A model generated the notes under the pieces. It was not told the DNA's origin. It did not search any database and was given only the letters and a program-made list of their open reading frames with translations. From Felis catus (taxonomy: Eukaryota), in NCBI RefSeq assembly GCF_018350175.1, contig NC_058368.1:126296001-126360000 (forward strand): DNA of 64,000 nucleotides. Direction: 5' to 3'. This document shows positions 27,701 through 40,915 of this stretch, piece after piece. Position 1 is the first letter of the stretch; each line of letters begins with the position of its first letter. The position numbers and the translations under genes are program-made.

Positions 27701-28099
27701 CCTTTGGAAACAGAGGCTGAAGCAGTATAAATTCCTTGCAATCAATTGGCTAAATAAAATATCTTACATTTTATAAAACATAAAACCATTTTTAAACATG
27801 TATATAGAAACATATTTATTTAAATGTTCTGGCTGTACATAGAGAAATAGCTGGAAATGCATGCTGAAACAATTTTGATATCTGGATTTTGCGATTACTG
27901 ATGATTTCCATTTTATCTTTGCATTGATCTCCATTTTCCAAGTTATTTATAATAAACTTATTATCTTTTGCAATAAAAATATTACTAGAAACATACTAAG
28001 GCAGACTCTGCAGTAATAATGAAAAGCATTCATATAATACAATTATGGAAAATGTATTGAGCCAAAATACATTTATTAAGCATCTCCTATGTAGATAGT

Positions 28100-28310
28100 A
28101 AAAATCCTAGAACCATAGTCTATAGATAATCCGCTTGGTGTGTAATATTGGACAAATTATTATGTGTGCCTCAGTTTATTTATCTGTAAAGTAGTTCAAT
28201 TGCATCCATTTGGTTTTGGTGATAATTAAATGAATAATGCATGTTAAATGCTTAGAACAGAACTTGGCACTCAATAAGCCCTGAATAAATGTTAGCAATT
28301 ACTGTTTTTA
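28100..28310 (+). mobile_element. MIR
   Basis: TGTGCCTCAGTTTATTTATCTGTAAAGT...TGCTTAGAACAGAACTTGGCAC...AATAAATGTTAGC. Confidence 0.7.
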
Positions 28311-29687
28311 CTGTTATTATATAAAGAATTGCTGTTTTTCCCTAATTGTGAGTCACCAGGCTTTTCTAGAATATGATTAGAGGTCAGGATCTCATTATTT
28401 CCTAAGATAGCCTTTTAGATTATTGAACAGTTCTACTTATTGAAAAGCTCTGTTTTACGCTGAGCCAAGATATGCTTCCCTGGAATTTCCATCCATCGAG
28501 CACTCTTCTTTCTATTACAGTACTATAGAAAATTATCACTTCTACACAAATTCCTTCGTGTATGCAGATTGCGGTCTTTCCTTCTCTCAGGCTTCTGTTG
28601 GATGAACAGTTCCTCAGATGACATAACATGAGCAGTTCCACTTGCCTTGTACTTTATAAAACTCTATCACGTGTCTTACGTGAGCCTCTCCTCAGTACAT
28701 AGGGTAATATTACTGCCATCATCATTTTAAGGGACAGTAAATTCAGGCTTGGAGAAATAAATGGCTCATGCAAGATCACAGCTAGTAGGTGCTAGGACTG
28801 AGAATTAAACACAGGATGCTTCTCAAACCCAGATGTCCAAGCTTCTTTCCTCTACCACGCCCATTTTGAAATACCATATTTAAATGTAATACTCCCAACT
28901 CTACACTGAGGGACTCGGCCATGTCTTCAACTGCACCCTTTTATTATTGTAACTTGAGTTCGAACCTCTGCAACTTCCAAATACAGGGAACTATCCTAGA
29001 AGGAATTGGTTACACACAGGATGGAGTAGATGAAAAGTCAAACGGGGTGCAGAGGCAACCAAGAGGATAGCAAAAGCAGGAAGCCATTACCACCCCTCAG
29101 ACACTGAAGCACAGTCCAAGAGCCAGGTCCACACAGTGGAAGAATTAAGATCTAGCATGGACCATCTGTGGGAATGAGAGCCACGTGATATAGGAATGGT
29201 GAGGGGGGTGGGGGGGAAGAAATGCTCTTGCTCCTCGTCTTTTCCTGCTTCCAGTTATCAGTCCGAGCCTGGCATCGGCTGGACATAACCAGAAGCCAGG
29301 ATCCAGGGGAACTTTGGAAATGCTGTTCATGAACAGAGCTGAGGTGGGGAAGAGCAAGGACTGGTTCTGAGAGAAGCCTGACTATTGGAGGCACACGTCT
29401 TGCTTTTAATTCACAGTGAGCTTATTGCCAAGGTAGACCCAGGCCCTTTTTTACATGAACTTAAAAGACTGTCTTGTTTCATGTAGTTTTAATTTGGCAA
29501 ATGGCTTTTCAAATGTAATTACTTAATAATGGCTTTGCTTCTGTCTTGCTTAATTTTGTCTTTCGACTTGTGGTCAGCCTTTTAGATGGTTATAAACCTC
29601 TCTTGTCCTACCTAGCCTTGGGTAATAAATCAATTAGTATGTTTCATATACCTGTATTCAAATTATTATTAAATATTTTGAATGAGT

Positions 29688-29890
29688 CAGGGCTGAGTCT
29701 TGAGATCAGCAGCCACAGAGGGACAAGGTGGGGGCGCATGAGGTACAAAATTTCAAGTTGTACCAAAAAACTCAGTGATCAGGATGAACAAGATTTTTAT
29801 GTACTGTTTTTAAAAATCAAAATTAATGCAAAACTCCAAGGTAAACAAAATACCAAAATTATAATTATACATAAGGACACAATCCATAGA
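29688..29890. mobile_element. hAT DNA transposon fragment (MER96B-like)
   Basis: CAGGGCTGAG...CAAAATTT...CCAAAAAACTCAGTGATCA...AAAAATCAAAATTAATGCAAAA. Confidence 0.4.
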
Positions 29891-30493
29891 TGATTAATAT
29901 TTATCAATTTATCAATTTGTCAGCCAACTACGAATTCTTTTTATGCTCTAACTTAACCCACCCATTTCATCTATTACTGAAGAATAAGATAAAGTACTTT
30001 GTCAAATATCTCTCAAACTGTTTGATACATTATGTTCTAAAATCTAGTATACTGATTTCCTCACGGTGTGGAAGAAGAAGTCAAGTTCAGATCCGAAGCT
30101 TATATAAATTGGGGATTATCATTCTCTGAAGCCAATTATAACAAATGTATCCCTAACTTGACATCACTGTGTGCCAAATGTCCAAACTGTGGCCTTCTGA
30201 GAACAGGGAAAGTGTGGGGAGTGCAAGTGGACAGAGACAAGGGTCTTAACTGCTTGTGGCTAATATATTTTGCAAACCTGACAAATGCATGTTGTCGTGA
30301 ATGTATTGTGCTGCTTCTAAGGACATGGGAGGGGTCCTTCCAAGTGAGGCTTTATTACTTTCATTTAGAGAAAATTTTTAGTAAAATTTTCTTCATGTAA
30401 AATAAGTCACAGCAGCATCTTACATCATGCGTTATTACACAGATCTGATTCCTTTCTAGACCAAATCCATGTCTTCTGACCAAAATCTCTTCT

Positions 30494-30732
30494 TTTTAAG
30501 AAAAAAAAAATTTGTATGCATTTTTAAACGTTTATTGGAGAGAGGAAAGAGAGCGTGCGTGTGCCCCCGAGTGGGAGAGGGGCAGAGAGAGGAAGAGAGA
30601 GAGAATCCCAAGCAGGCTCCGCACAGTCAGCGCAGAGCCGAACGCAAGACTCAGTGTCATGAACCATGAGATCATGACCTGAGCCAAAATCAAGACGTGG
30701 ACGCCTGAACAACTGAGCCACCCATGTGCCCC
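30494..30732 (-). mobile_element. Can-SINE
   Basis: Typical body; TSD GAC(C/T)AAAATCTCTTCT. Confidence 0.92.
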
Positions 30733-31243
30733 GACTAAAATCTCTTCTATATAAATGAGAGGATTGGAAGACATGGTTTTGAAATTGCTAATTAAAAAAA
30801 AAAAGTCTATTTTGTAAAATAAAAGCTGTTTCAAAAATAATCTAGAACAAAAGTGACCGTCAATTTCCCCAACATAGGTTTTATAAAAAGAAGTCTAAAT
30901 ATAAAGTATATTTTTAAGTAAAATGTATCATTTACAAAAATGCTGTCCCAATTAGAAAGAACAGCTAATTCACAGATTTTTTTTTCTAACAAAGACAGAT
31001 ATCCTGGTGTACCTTAACCATGAAACCAACCAGAAAAGAGAAAGGTAAATGAGCATTAAATCTTCACAAAGTCCCACTGGTGCTTTCTAAAGAGGATCAT
31101 GTCTAAAAACAAGCCCAACTATGGATAAGACTGGGAATTTTAAAGAAATGATTTTAAAACTCTAATATGAATGCTATAAACTTGAATCTCTATCTTATAT
31201 TTAATAGTTTAAAATTAATTCCCTTCCAAAATTGTGACATTGC

Positions 31244-31446
31244 TTTTTTTTTAACTGTTTTTTAATGTTTGTTTATTTTTGAGAGAGACAAAGTGTGAGT
31301 GGGGGAGGGGCAGAGAGAGGGATACAGAATCTGAAGCAGGCTCAGCTGTCAGCACAGAGCCAGACTGAGGCTTGAATTCAAGAATGCTGAGATCATGACC
31401 TGAGCCAAGGTTGGATGCCTAACCAGCCAAGCCACCCAGGTGCCCC
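31244..31446 (-). mobile_element. Can-SINE
   Basis: Typical body; TSD CATTGCTTTTT. Confidence 0.92.
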
Positions 31447-34400
31447 AGCATTGCTTTTTAAGTCAGTGGAAAACCGAGAATGGCCAATTCTTCACAATGA
31501 ACCTCAAAAGCAATGTGTTAGGATACATGATAGTGTGGTAAGACAATCTGAAATAAATGATTGATGTATAAGAAAGATATTTTTGGTCTTTAATCTTGGA
31601 AATGATAAATACCCATTTTAGAACAAAAGGCAAAGACTGACTCAGCTAATCTAAATACATTTCTTTATCACTTGTGAAAAACACCCACAAATAAGAGACA
31701 GATTTTCTTTGCTCACATCATAATAACTTCCCAGATCTCTTTAAATTTGTAAAACTGCCAGTTGACTCTAATAAAAAAAACAATCAGCATAATTTTTTCT
31801 GGCTTGATATTTAAACACTGAATTTGATTATTTAATTGATACTGAGTTTTGAATCTCAATGTTTAAAAGCCAACTTGAAAAATTAAGTCTCGGTAGTTTA
31901 GAAGCATGGATTGTACCTAAAATTCACAGTAAAAAATAAAACAATGTAAACCTATGTCGTTTTACTAGTAGTGCAGTATTATTTTGACAGCGACCTGGTT
32001 TTTGTCAGCATATAAATGATATTTATTTTAGTTGTTATTTATTCTAATAAATGCCATCTATTTTTAGATTCATTGTATAGTTCTTGATTTGCTACTATTA
32101 GGTCCTTTATACAGTCTTCTTAATTGTTCTCCAGAACATGTCTAAATCTTATTGGATTAAGTGTAAATAAAATTTGATTTCATTCCTTCTTCATACAATG
32201 GCACCTTTCAACTAGTAAATATCAGTTGCTGTTGGGGAGCTAAACCACCACTGTAGCAAAAGATGGGAACAATATAAAGTATACTGAGTTTTAGTATCTG
32301 TAAAAACCATCCATTGGTTTCAGCTGACCCATATGAAGGGTAAGTAGGTATTGTACAAATGTATTTGTAACAACTTGATTCCATGTGGTCTCGTTTATGC
32401 AAAGGAGGTCAAGAAAACCCCTAACAACCCACTCAGCTCAGCAGTTATATTGTGATAATGAACTAGTTATCGTCTGTAAGATATTCAACTACTTGTAGAT
32501 AGAACAAAATTTATATTAGCATATTCATCATTATACTTTGAAATAAGTTTTGGCACTCATTACTCATGAATAAAAGAATGTCAGTGCAATGAAATCCTCT
32601 GAGGCAATTTTCATAACATGAGCATTTATTTCTTCAACCAAAACCTTCCACTACTAAGGCACTTTTTGGAAATTAAACTTAATGCTTCAAAGTACCTATG
32701 TGAAAAAAGGATGAAATTTAATTTTTGAAGGTTTTTTTTTTTATTATTTCATAGATTTCCACTTGAGAAGATGCAGCAGGTGCAATTCAGAATATAAAAA
32801 ATAACTACCTCCTTTGTTTATGATGATGTAAATGTCTAGATTCTTATTCTGACCAATTCATATTTCCTCCTATGTGTCAAAAAGGATCAGTCCTCAAACC
32901 TGATCTGAGCATAAGGTAATTTCTCATCTCCTGTGATGGAGATGTTTATTGGGAATTTGTGTTTTTAGGGATAAAGTAGGGTCCTCTATGTTGTACCTAC
33001 TGTGTATTTATAGGGCACTTTGAACTTGAGAGTATTTCAGTGAGTTTTAGTTGTCATTTCTCATTGTTTTCCTTGCAGTTGTATGATTACCATCATTTGA
33101 TAAAGAAAATCATGAACATTAAGGTTCTGGTTTACATTGTGCCAAAAATAGCTATCATTCCATCAATGCAGCTGATCCAGTCATGGTGGAGAAAATAGCA
33201 GCTTAGTCATGACATTTGGGACTATCAGGACAATAAAAAATGTAAATAAAAATTAAAAAAAATATGTACAGCACTTTTATGGGGATATCTTAAATAAATC
33301 TACTATGTTCATCTAAGATAGAAATTTATCATAAAACTTCAGACCTGGCAACTGCCCAGCATGGGAATAAATACTCATGGAGATGACACCAGATGGGAGG
33401 GCTACTCCCCACCGCCATCCCCCAAAGATATAAGTCATTTCCATCATGTGCATACCAAAACACTTCTATTAGTTCATTTCAGTTTTCCTTTTCACATTAA
33501 GAATTAGATTTCCCCAGTGTGAATATTTTGAAGAAAAATGATAGCTGAAATGTAGTGAGTCTTGACTGTATGTCAGCCACTATCGTGGGTTATTTTTGCC
33601 CAATCTTCAGAAAGTTCATGGGCCTATGACTCACATTTTATGCCTAATTTACAGGGAATGTGATAAAGACCCAGAGAGAGAAGACAAGCAACTTGACTAA
33701 ATTCACACTAATTTTGATAGAGCTATGACTGGTACTCAGTGATCTGACTTTAGCTTTACCATTTCATCAGATGGGGGAGAAAATATACCCGGCATGATGT
33801 TCATCACTCAGATTTTTTCTCAGTCTTGACCCGAGGACCCATGACTTGGTCCCAGGTAGAGAAGGGATGATGAGTAAAACCTCGAGTACTTGTTTTCACT
33901 GAAAACTCAAAGGCAGCAGTACGGTATTTGCAAAATGGGAGTGGGCCGGGCTGCACACAGCATACCATATGCTTCATGAAGACAGCTTCCACCGCTGAAG
34001 TTTCATACTCTGATTTGGCATCTGGAGGTTTTCAGGCCAGGAGCGGGGTATTGCTTTATGATGGCATCAAGGAAGACGTGTTAGGTGGGCCTGGTGAAAG
34101 CCTTTGCATTTTTCGAAGAGCAGAAGAAAAAAAAGCAGAAGAAAAAAAAAAAAAAAGGCCGGTTTTCAGTGCCGAAAGCAACTACAAGAACACAGGAGAA
34201 TGCCAGTGAGAGATTCCCTGTAGACTCCTTAATTAGGTGGGGAGGAAATAATTTCCCTGGAAGTTAAAGATTCTGCAATAAGAAGTAAGAGCAAGAGCCC
34301 AGAACACCAACATCACTATTCATCTCACTCCATTTTTACCTGCCTCCCCTCCAAGGCTGGGGCAGTCCAAGAAAACACAAAGTATGAAGTTAGTCCCCTG

Positions 34401-35822
34401 ACCGTGTCCTTTGTACACGACCTATTTGACAAAGAGTTTTTAAAACTTTTCTCACTCCACTGTTGATGTTTTGGATTTTCATGATTTTTCTATGTATGTG
34501 GCTCACTGTGCACGATCAGTAGGATGTCATACTGTGATTACCAAGACCTGAGTTTAATCTCTTTAATACAGCATATAATTGTCTCTGACCAGAAAAGTAA
34601 ATCGACATTGTAATTATATTCAAAGTTAATACATAGGTTTAGGGAGTAATACAGAGAAAACATCTCAACATCATAGCAGCCATGTAGGTGCCAGGATGGG
34701 GGCTAAACATGCTGCTACACTAACCTAATCATTGTTTTTTGTTGTGTTTCATGCTTCTGGTATTTTTAGGGGCCTGTACATGGGAAATCTTTATTATTGC
34801 TTTTTTATGGCTGGGACTATTCCTGTTGATTTTTAACAGAAGAAAGTACAGGTATGGTTTGAAGGATTTTTCATTCAAGGTCAGAAAGCAGGCAGATTGT
34901 CATGAGGTATATTGAGAATGATTACAGAATGTACACACACATACCTATATGGGCTGTGTGCCTTGGAAGAGGGACAGGGACCTTTCTTTGCTCAGTTTGA
35001 GCAGTATCAAAGTGACATGCTGGTCATGGTAGGCAGCTGAAATATAGTAATCCAAAAGAAAGAGTCTTCTCGATTGCCAGGAATATTGCCAAGGTTAGGA
35101 GGCTTCTAAGAGGTGTGGCAGTCAGGATCTGGGATTCGTCCTGGAAACACACACAGCCCACCCACATGTTTCCCTTGAATGAGGATTAGGCAATGGACAC
35201 CTAGCCTTTCTTTCCCCTGATAGAGGCATGAACTTTGGGTCCCTCATGGCTCCATATGGTTACTCTCAGTGTATCCTCCCTGAATCCCTCAATAAAAGAA
35301 GCTCTGCCTACTGTGGCTTTGCTTCTGACATCCATAATAATGATTAGTAATAATACTTCATTTCAGTAGAGGACTTGGCATTCTCCAAAAGCATTTCAAA
35401 CCTTTTATCCCCTGTGATGTAGAGTTAGGGTGACATTTAGCCTTGATTTGCAGAGGACACAGACTCAAGGAAAGACTTGGTCTATGTCCGACAGCTAGTG
35501 AGTGGCAGAGCCAGCGCTGATGACATCAGGTGACTTCTATTGCCACAGTCCCATGCTGCCTCTAGAGCCATGGCCAAGTTTCTGAAAAAAATGAACCCCT
35601 AAACTGCTGGAAAGATTCATCTTCAACTTTTACTTACCACAAGGGATTCTGGGGCAGTAAGTCCTCTTTAAAATGTTGGATGAAGTGAACGAAGAGATGA
35701 ACTTTTTTTTTATTTGTAATCTTTGTCATAAGTTTCTGTTTATCATTGACTCTGCAATGATGAGCAAATTGTTAGCTTCTCTGACAGTCGATTTCTCTAT
35801 CTTTAAAAAAAACAGAGGAGAG

Positions 35823-36040
35823 GGGGGCGCCTGGGTGGCTTGGTCGGTTAAGCGTCCGACTTCGGCTCAGGTCATAATCGCACGGTCTGTGGGTTCGAGC
35901 CCCGCGTCGGGCTGTGTGCTGACAGCTCAGAGCCTGGAGCCTGTTTCAGATTCTGTGTCTCCCTCTTTCTCTGCCCCTCCCCTGTTCATGCTCTGTCTCT
36001 CTCTGTCTCAAAAATAAATAAACGTTAAAAAAAATTTTTA
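35823..36040 (+). mobile_element. Young Can-SINE
   Basis: Near-consensus with many CpGs; TSD AAAAACAGAGG. Confidence 0.95.
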
Positions 36041-37048
36041 AAAACAGAGGTAATATTTGCCACTTACTGATGTCACTAGAACTAAGGAATTAATACCTCC
36101 AAAGTACTGTGAAAGAGATTATTTCAAAGACAAGCTCTAGAAATAGAAATATGAGATTTAGACTGAATACATTTAAGTGTTATTTTTGAGCTAAAATTAC
36201 AATTTCACCACTGACTTTTACCACCCTGAACTCTTCATTGTTTTGTATTGTTATTATGATGATTTCTTTTTCACTTTAAGTGCCTAGGCAGTAGATGGAC
36301 TTTCCAGTTTTAAAGATTCTGCCATTTTCCAGCTCACTGCTGCAGCTTGAAATCCCATTATCTTGTACCTCCACCTGAGACTTCATTTTACTTGGTTTGT
36401 ATTAGCTAAGGATATAAACATTGCCTATTTTGCTCTACATAGGTAGCCATGTGTTCTTTAGATACTGACTCAGAAAAAAAAAAAAAAAGCCTCGGATGAT
36501 GGAGCAGGCTTTGCTTTAACACTAAAAGTGCCACTTTGCTCCATAATCTAACAATGACACAACAGTACCACTGGCCCTGGTGATTGTTGCATTACAGTGA
36601 TAGTCTTCATTAGTCAGGCTGACATGCCTCCCACTCAGGGGAACTATAGGATGTGTAATCTCTCCAAAGAGAGCCTGAGGTGTAGCAACCAGACAGCTGA
36701 AGTCTTCTTAATTAATGACTCTACTTCAATAGGCCAGAGTTACTTGGGATAAAACTATTAAGATAGAGAGACATCTATGACTTGCACATTTGACGTGTTA
36801 TGCTTATTCTTCAGAAGCCATTTTTAGATAAGAAGGGCAGACTTACACCCTGGATCGGATCGTCCAAGAACGTGAACCAACAAAATGTTTTCCATAAAGG
36901 TGCTATTTATTATCTGTCCGTGTTGACCTTGAAATGGTACAGAAGCATTTTTCTGAAAGAACCTGAAATTTGGAAATCAGTATTTTCATGAATGATAGTA
37001 TACATTATTAACTATTTCACAGGAAGTAATTTTTTTCTTTTTTTTAAA

Positions 37049-37263
37049 TTTTTTTTTCAACTTTTTTTATTTATTTTTGGGACAGAGAGAGACAGAGCAT
37101 GAATGGGGGAGGGGCAGAGAGAGAGGGAGACACAGAATCAGAAGCAGGCTCCAGGCTCCGAGCCATCAGCCCAGAGCCTGATGCGGGGCTCGAACTCACG
37201 GACCGTGAGATCGTGACCTGGCTGAAGTCGGACACTTAACCGACTGCGCCACCCAGGCGCCCC
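37049..37263 (-). mobile_element. Young Can-SINE inserted in the tail of the next copy
   Basis: Distinct variants (GGCGCAGTCGG, CAGCCAGGTCACG, GTCCCAAAAAT); flanked by TTAAATTTTTTTTT on both sides. Confidence 0.94.
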
Positions 37264-37478
37264 TTAAATTTTTTTTTAACGTTTATTTATTTTTGAGACA
37301 GAGACAGAGCATGAACAGGGGAGGGGCAGAGAGAGAGAGGGAGACACAGAATCCGAAACAGGCTCCAGGCTCTGAGCTGTCAGCACAGAGCCCGACGCAG
37401 GGCTCGAACTCCCGGACTGTGAGATCATGACCTGAGCCGAAGTCGGACACTCAACCGACCAAGCCACCCAGGCGCCCC
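37264..37478 (-). mobile_element. Can-SINE (host copy)
   Basis: Near-consensus; outer TSD TAATTTTTTTCT at ~37027 and ~37481. Confidence 0.94.
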
Positions 37479-39559
37479 AATAATTTTTTTCTAAATTAGG
37501 TTAGCATCATTTAGTTTTTCTATCTTTCTCTTGTTTTTAGAAAGACATTGAATTAATATACTGCTAAAAGTCCTCTAAGACATAAAAACTTATCTTTTAA
37601 AGGCCTGCCTTTCTAAGTGCTTCCCTTGGTCTTAATGAATAGTGTCAACCACACACACAAAAAAAAGCAAACATAACAGTTTATTTCTCAAAAGGTCTAT
37701 TTATTTGTTTATTTTCTTAAAGACGGGGAATGCTAACTCAAAAATACTCATTTTGCTCATGGCCCCTCCCTTGTATTTGGACACTTGGGTTAGGGATGTG
37801 CTTTTTGTGTTGTTGTGCTTTATTTTATAAGGTAGGCTATGTTCTTTCATTAGCAAGACAGGACACTGCCCTCTCATTCATTCCACACCCACTTAAAGCA
37901 AGCCCACTACATTTAGAGGAGAATTGACAATATCTTCACCAGAGCCAGTAGGTTGGAATATAACCAAAGATTGAGAATTTGTCCACTTTATTGAGCTAAA
38001 ATTCCTTGATGTTGACAAGAAATTTTCCCCTATGGATGCTTGGTATGTTTTCCTATCAGACTGGTCCTATGACAACAGTGTTAGATAAATAATATAAAAT
38101 GTCTATTACCTTTTCTGAGAACTTCTTAGTGCCTCATTGAAAAAAAGTCACTAAAATACATAGAGAAATTAAGGCTATGTCTATGTAATTGAAATAAATT
38201 ATATTATTTAAAAATAAGTTACTTTGGTCATTTTGATGCTAAACTGATCGAGTAGAAGAACGAGAGCCAGAGTCTACACCTTCTTTAAAAGAATTTGGAG
38301 TATTGTGATGTGGCTGTGTTTTTCAAATCACAAAGTTTAAGTTGTCAGTAAAAACATTGTTATAGCCCAAATATTTTTTAAAAATATTAAAAATGTTGAC
38401 TATTAATTCTTAGAAATCTTTAAATGCATTTTTGTTATTATGTTTTGTTATGATGACCCCCAATCTTAATTCCTGCTTTTATTCTTCTCCCCATTAAAAT
38501 AAAAAGATAGCTTCAGGAAACTGTGGTATGTCACTTTTATACCATGAACACTAAGAGAAAAGCCACTTAGAATCTGAGAAACCCTAATAAAAATTTTAAG
38601 TTGGTATGCAGTATGTTTCGGTGTAATATCTACATCACTAAAGCAAACCAGCTGTTACATACCTGATATAAAGTGCATTCTTTTAATTCATGGGTAAGCC
38701 CATAAAATGTACCAATACAACTGCAATTTTAAATGCTTCAATAAACTGACAGTGTTACTAAGCTAAAGGTGAAATTCCTTTAATGTACTTAGGAACTCAG
38801 AAGAATATTACTTTATAACTTCCTTACCTAGATAATTATAGTGTCTTGGTATGTTTAGTTAGTATTGGAATTTCAGCTAATATTGACCAAAGAAGCTAGT
38901 GTGGCTATATTTAAACTCTTATCTTCATAAGAGCGTCATCACACTCCACAGAATGTTTTAAATATTTTAAAATCAATAAGATCTGTTACTCTCAGAGCAC
39001 AGTTCAAATTTATTCATTTTTTTCTGTCAAATTATTTTTCCAGTTTTATCCACCTGAACTGAGGAAAATCAAACAACTACTCTGTAATTCTATTTCAGCC
39101 CTTCCTTTTTGAAGCCAGGATGAAATCATGTCAGTGCTTAATATAACCATATACTTCCACATTGAAATGATAAGTAATTGATTATGACTCAGAGTCTGTA
39201 AAAGATTGGTGATTAGAGAAACCATATCCTGCCCAAATAAGTTTATTTCATTCTCATTTTCCAGATGGTACCTGTGTCATTAATGTTTTTTTACCAACAT
39301 AGTTTTAATGACCTTAACAAGCAGATAAAGTAAAAAGAAAAAGCGTATAATGTGTACTAGGGACTGTCTGACTAAATTTATGTAGCTTGAATTCATTTTT
39401 CTGCTGCTCTGTTTAATGAAGCATAAAAATAAGGTCACAATATTGGAAACTTGTGGCCTTTCTTTCATAGGAGAAGGAATAGAAATAAAAAGTACAGTAA
39501 CCTGGGAGTGGGTCATGGTGGGTGCATCTTAGCTAAGTTAAACTCATGTGGGATCACAA

Positions 39560-39660
39560 TAGGGTAACCATATAATTCATCTTCCAAATCAAGATATGAT
39601 TGGCTTGGATAGGGCATGGCTAAAACTTTCCCAGGTAAACTGGATTGTGTGGTCATCCTT
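39560..39660. mobile_element. hAT-Blackjack MITE (MER94-like)
   Basis: Inverted termini TAGGGTAACCATA ... TGTGGTCATCCT, ~100 bp apart. Confidence 0.55.
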
Positions 39661-39938
39661 CACATATATGCATCATATCTTCAGTAGTGCACAGCTGTTT
39701 GATACGAGAAGAATAAAATGGACTAAATCATCAATAGCTAGCACAACATGTTCCAAACCATGGAGTGAACATTGAAGAACCCTCTCCAGTTGAATTAGAA
39801 CTATAAAATTATATTTCAGGAACAGTGTGAGATTTATTCAATTGAGGTTTCCTGATTTTTCTTCACTGAACTGAGTTTCTATGTCACTTCTGAATATGTA
39901 ACTCCTTTCCTCATCACACCTTTAAAATAAATCAGTTA

Positions 39939-40320
39939 TGTCTTTGGAAATATCTTCTCCCACTCCATAGGCTGACTTTTAGTTTTGTTGGTTATTTATT
40001 GGCTGAATGAGAGCCAGAGTCTACACCTTCTTTATAAGAATTTGGAGCATTGTGATGTGACTATGTAGAAGCTTTTTATCTTGATGAAGTCCCAATAGTT
40101 CATTTTTGCTTTTGTTTCCCTTTCCTCTGATGATGTGTCTAGTAAGAAGTTGCTCCAGCCAAAGTCAAAGAGGTTTCTGCCTGTGTTCTCCTCTAGAATT
40201 TTCATAGTTTCCTGTCTCACATTTAGGTCTTTCATCCATTTTGAATTTATTTTTGTGTGTGGTGTAAGAAAGTGGCCCAGTTTCATTCTTCTGCATGTTG
40301 CTGTCCAGTTTTCCCAGCAC
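39939..40320 (-). mobile_element. Inverted 5' segment of a twin-primed L1 (ORF2 fragment)
   Basis: Minus-strand translation [35 protein letters not shown] is L1 ORF2p C-terminal region. Confidence 0.92.
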
Positions 40321-40813
40321 AGTCCAACACCCCCAAAAATAAATAATACAGTTAAGAAATGAGCAGAAGATGTGAATAGACATTTTTCCAAAGAAGACGT
40401 CCAGATGGCTAACAGACACCTGAAAAGATGCTCGACATCACTGATCATCAAGGAAATACAAATCAAAACCACAATGAGATACTACCTCACACCTGTCAGA
40501 GTGGCTAAGATTAACAACACAGAAAACAGCAGATGTTGGTTAGGATGTGGAGAAAGAGGAACACTCTTCTACTGTTGGTGAAAACACAAATTGGTGCAGC
40601 CACTGTGGAAAACAGTATGGCATTTCCTCAAAAAGTTAAAAATAGAACTACCCTAAGATCCAGCAATTATACTACTAGGTATTTACCCAAAGGATACAAA
40701 AATACAGATTTGAAGGAGTACAGGTACCCCGATGTTTATAGCAGCATTATCACCAATAGCCAAACTATGGACCGAGCCCAAGTGTACATCAACTGATGAG
40801 TGGATAAAGAAAA

Positions 40814-40827
40814 TGTGATGTGTGCGT

Positions 40828-40865
<38 letters not shown>
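40814..40865. repeat. Imperfect (TG)n microsatellite in L1
   Basis: Direct reading. Confidence 0.95.
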
Positions 40866-40868
<3 letters not shown>

Positions 40869-40915
40869 AAACTTGCTCTAATATATTCCATGTATACACA
40901 CACACACGCACATTA

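Noticed and set aside
32135..32345. Possible plus-strand non-coding exon (TTCTCCAG...AAGG|GTAAGT)
   Set aside because: Such splice-like pairs are frequent by chance; no partner exons or promoter identified; needs RNA data
40032..40796. ORFs of 69-146 aa with L1-like peptides
   Set aside because: Broken L1 ORF2 fragments and an inversion-junction chimera, not genes
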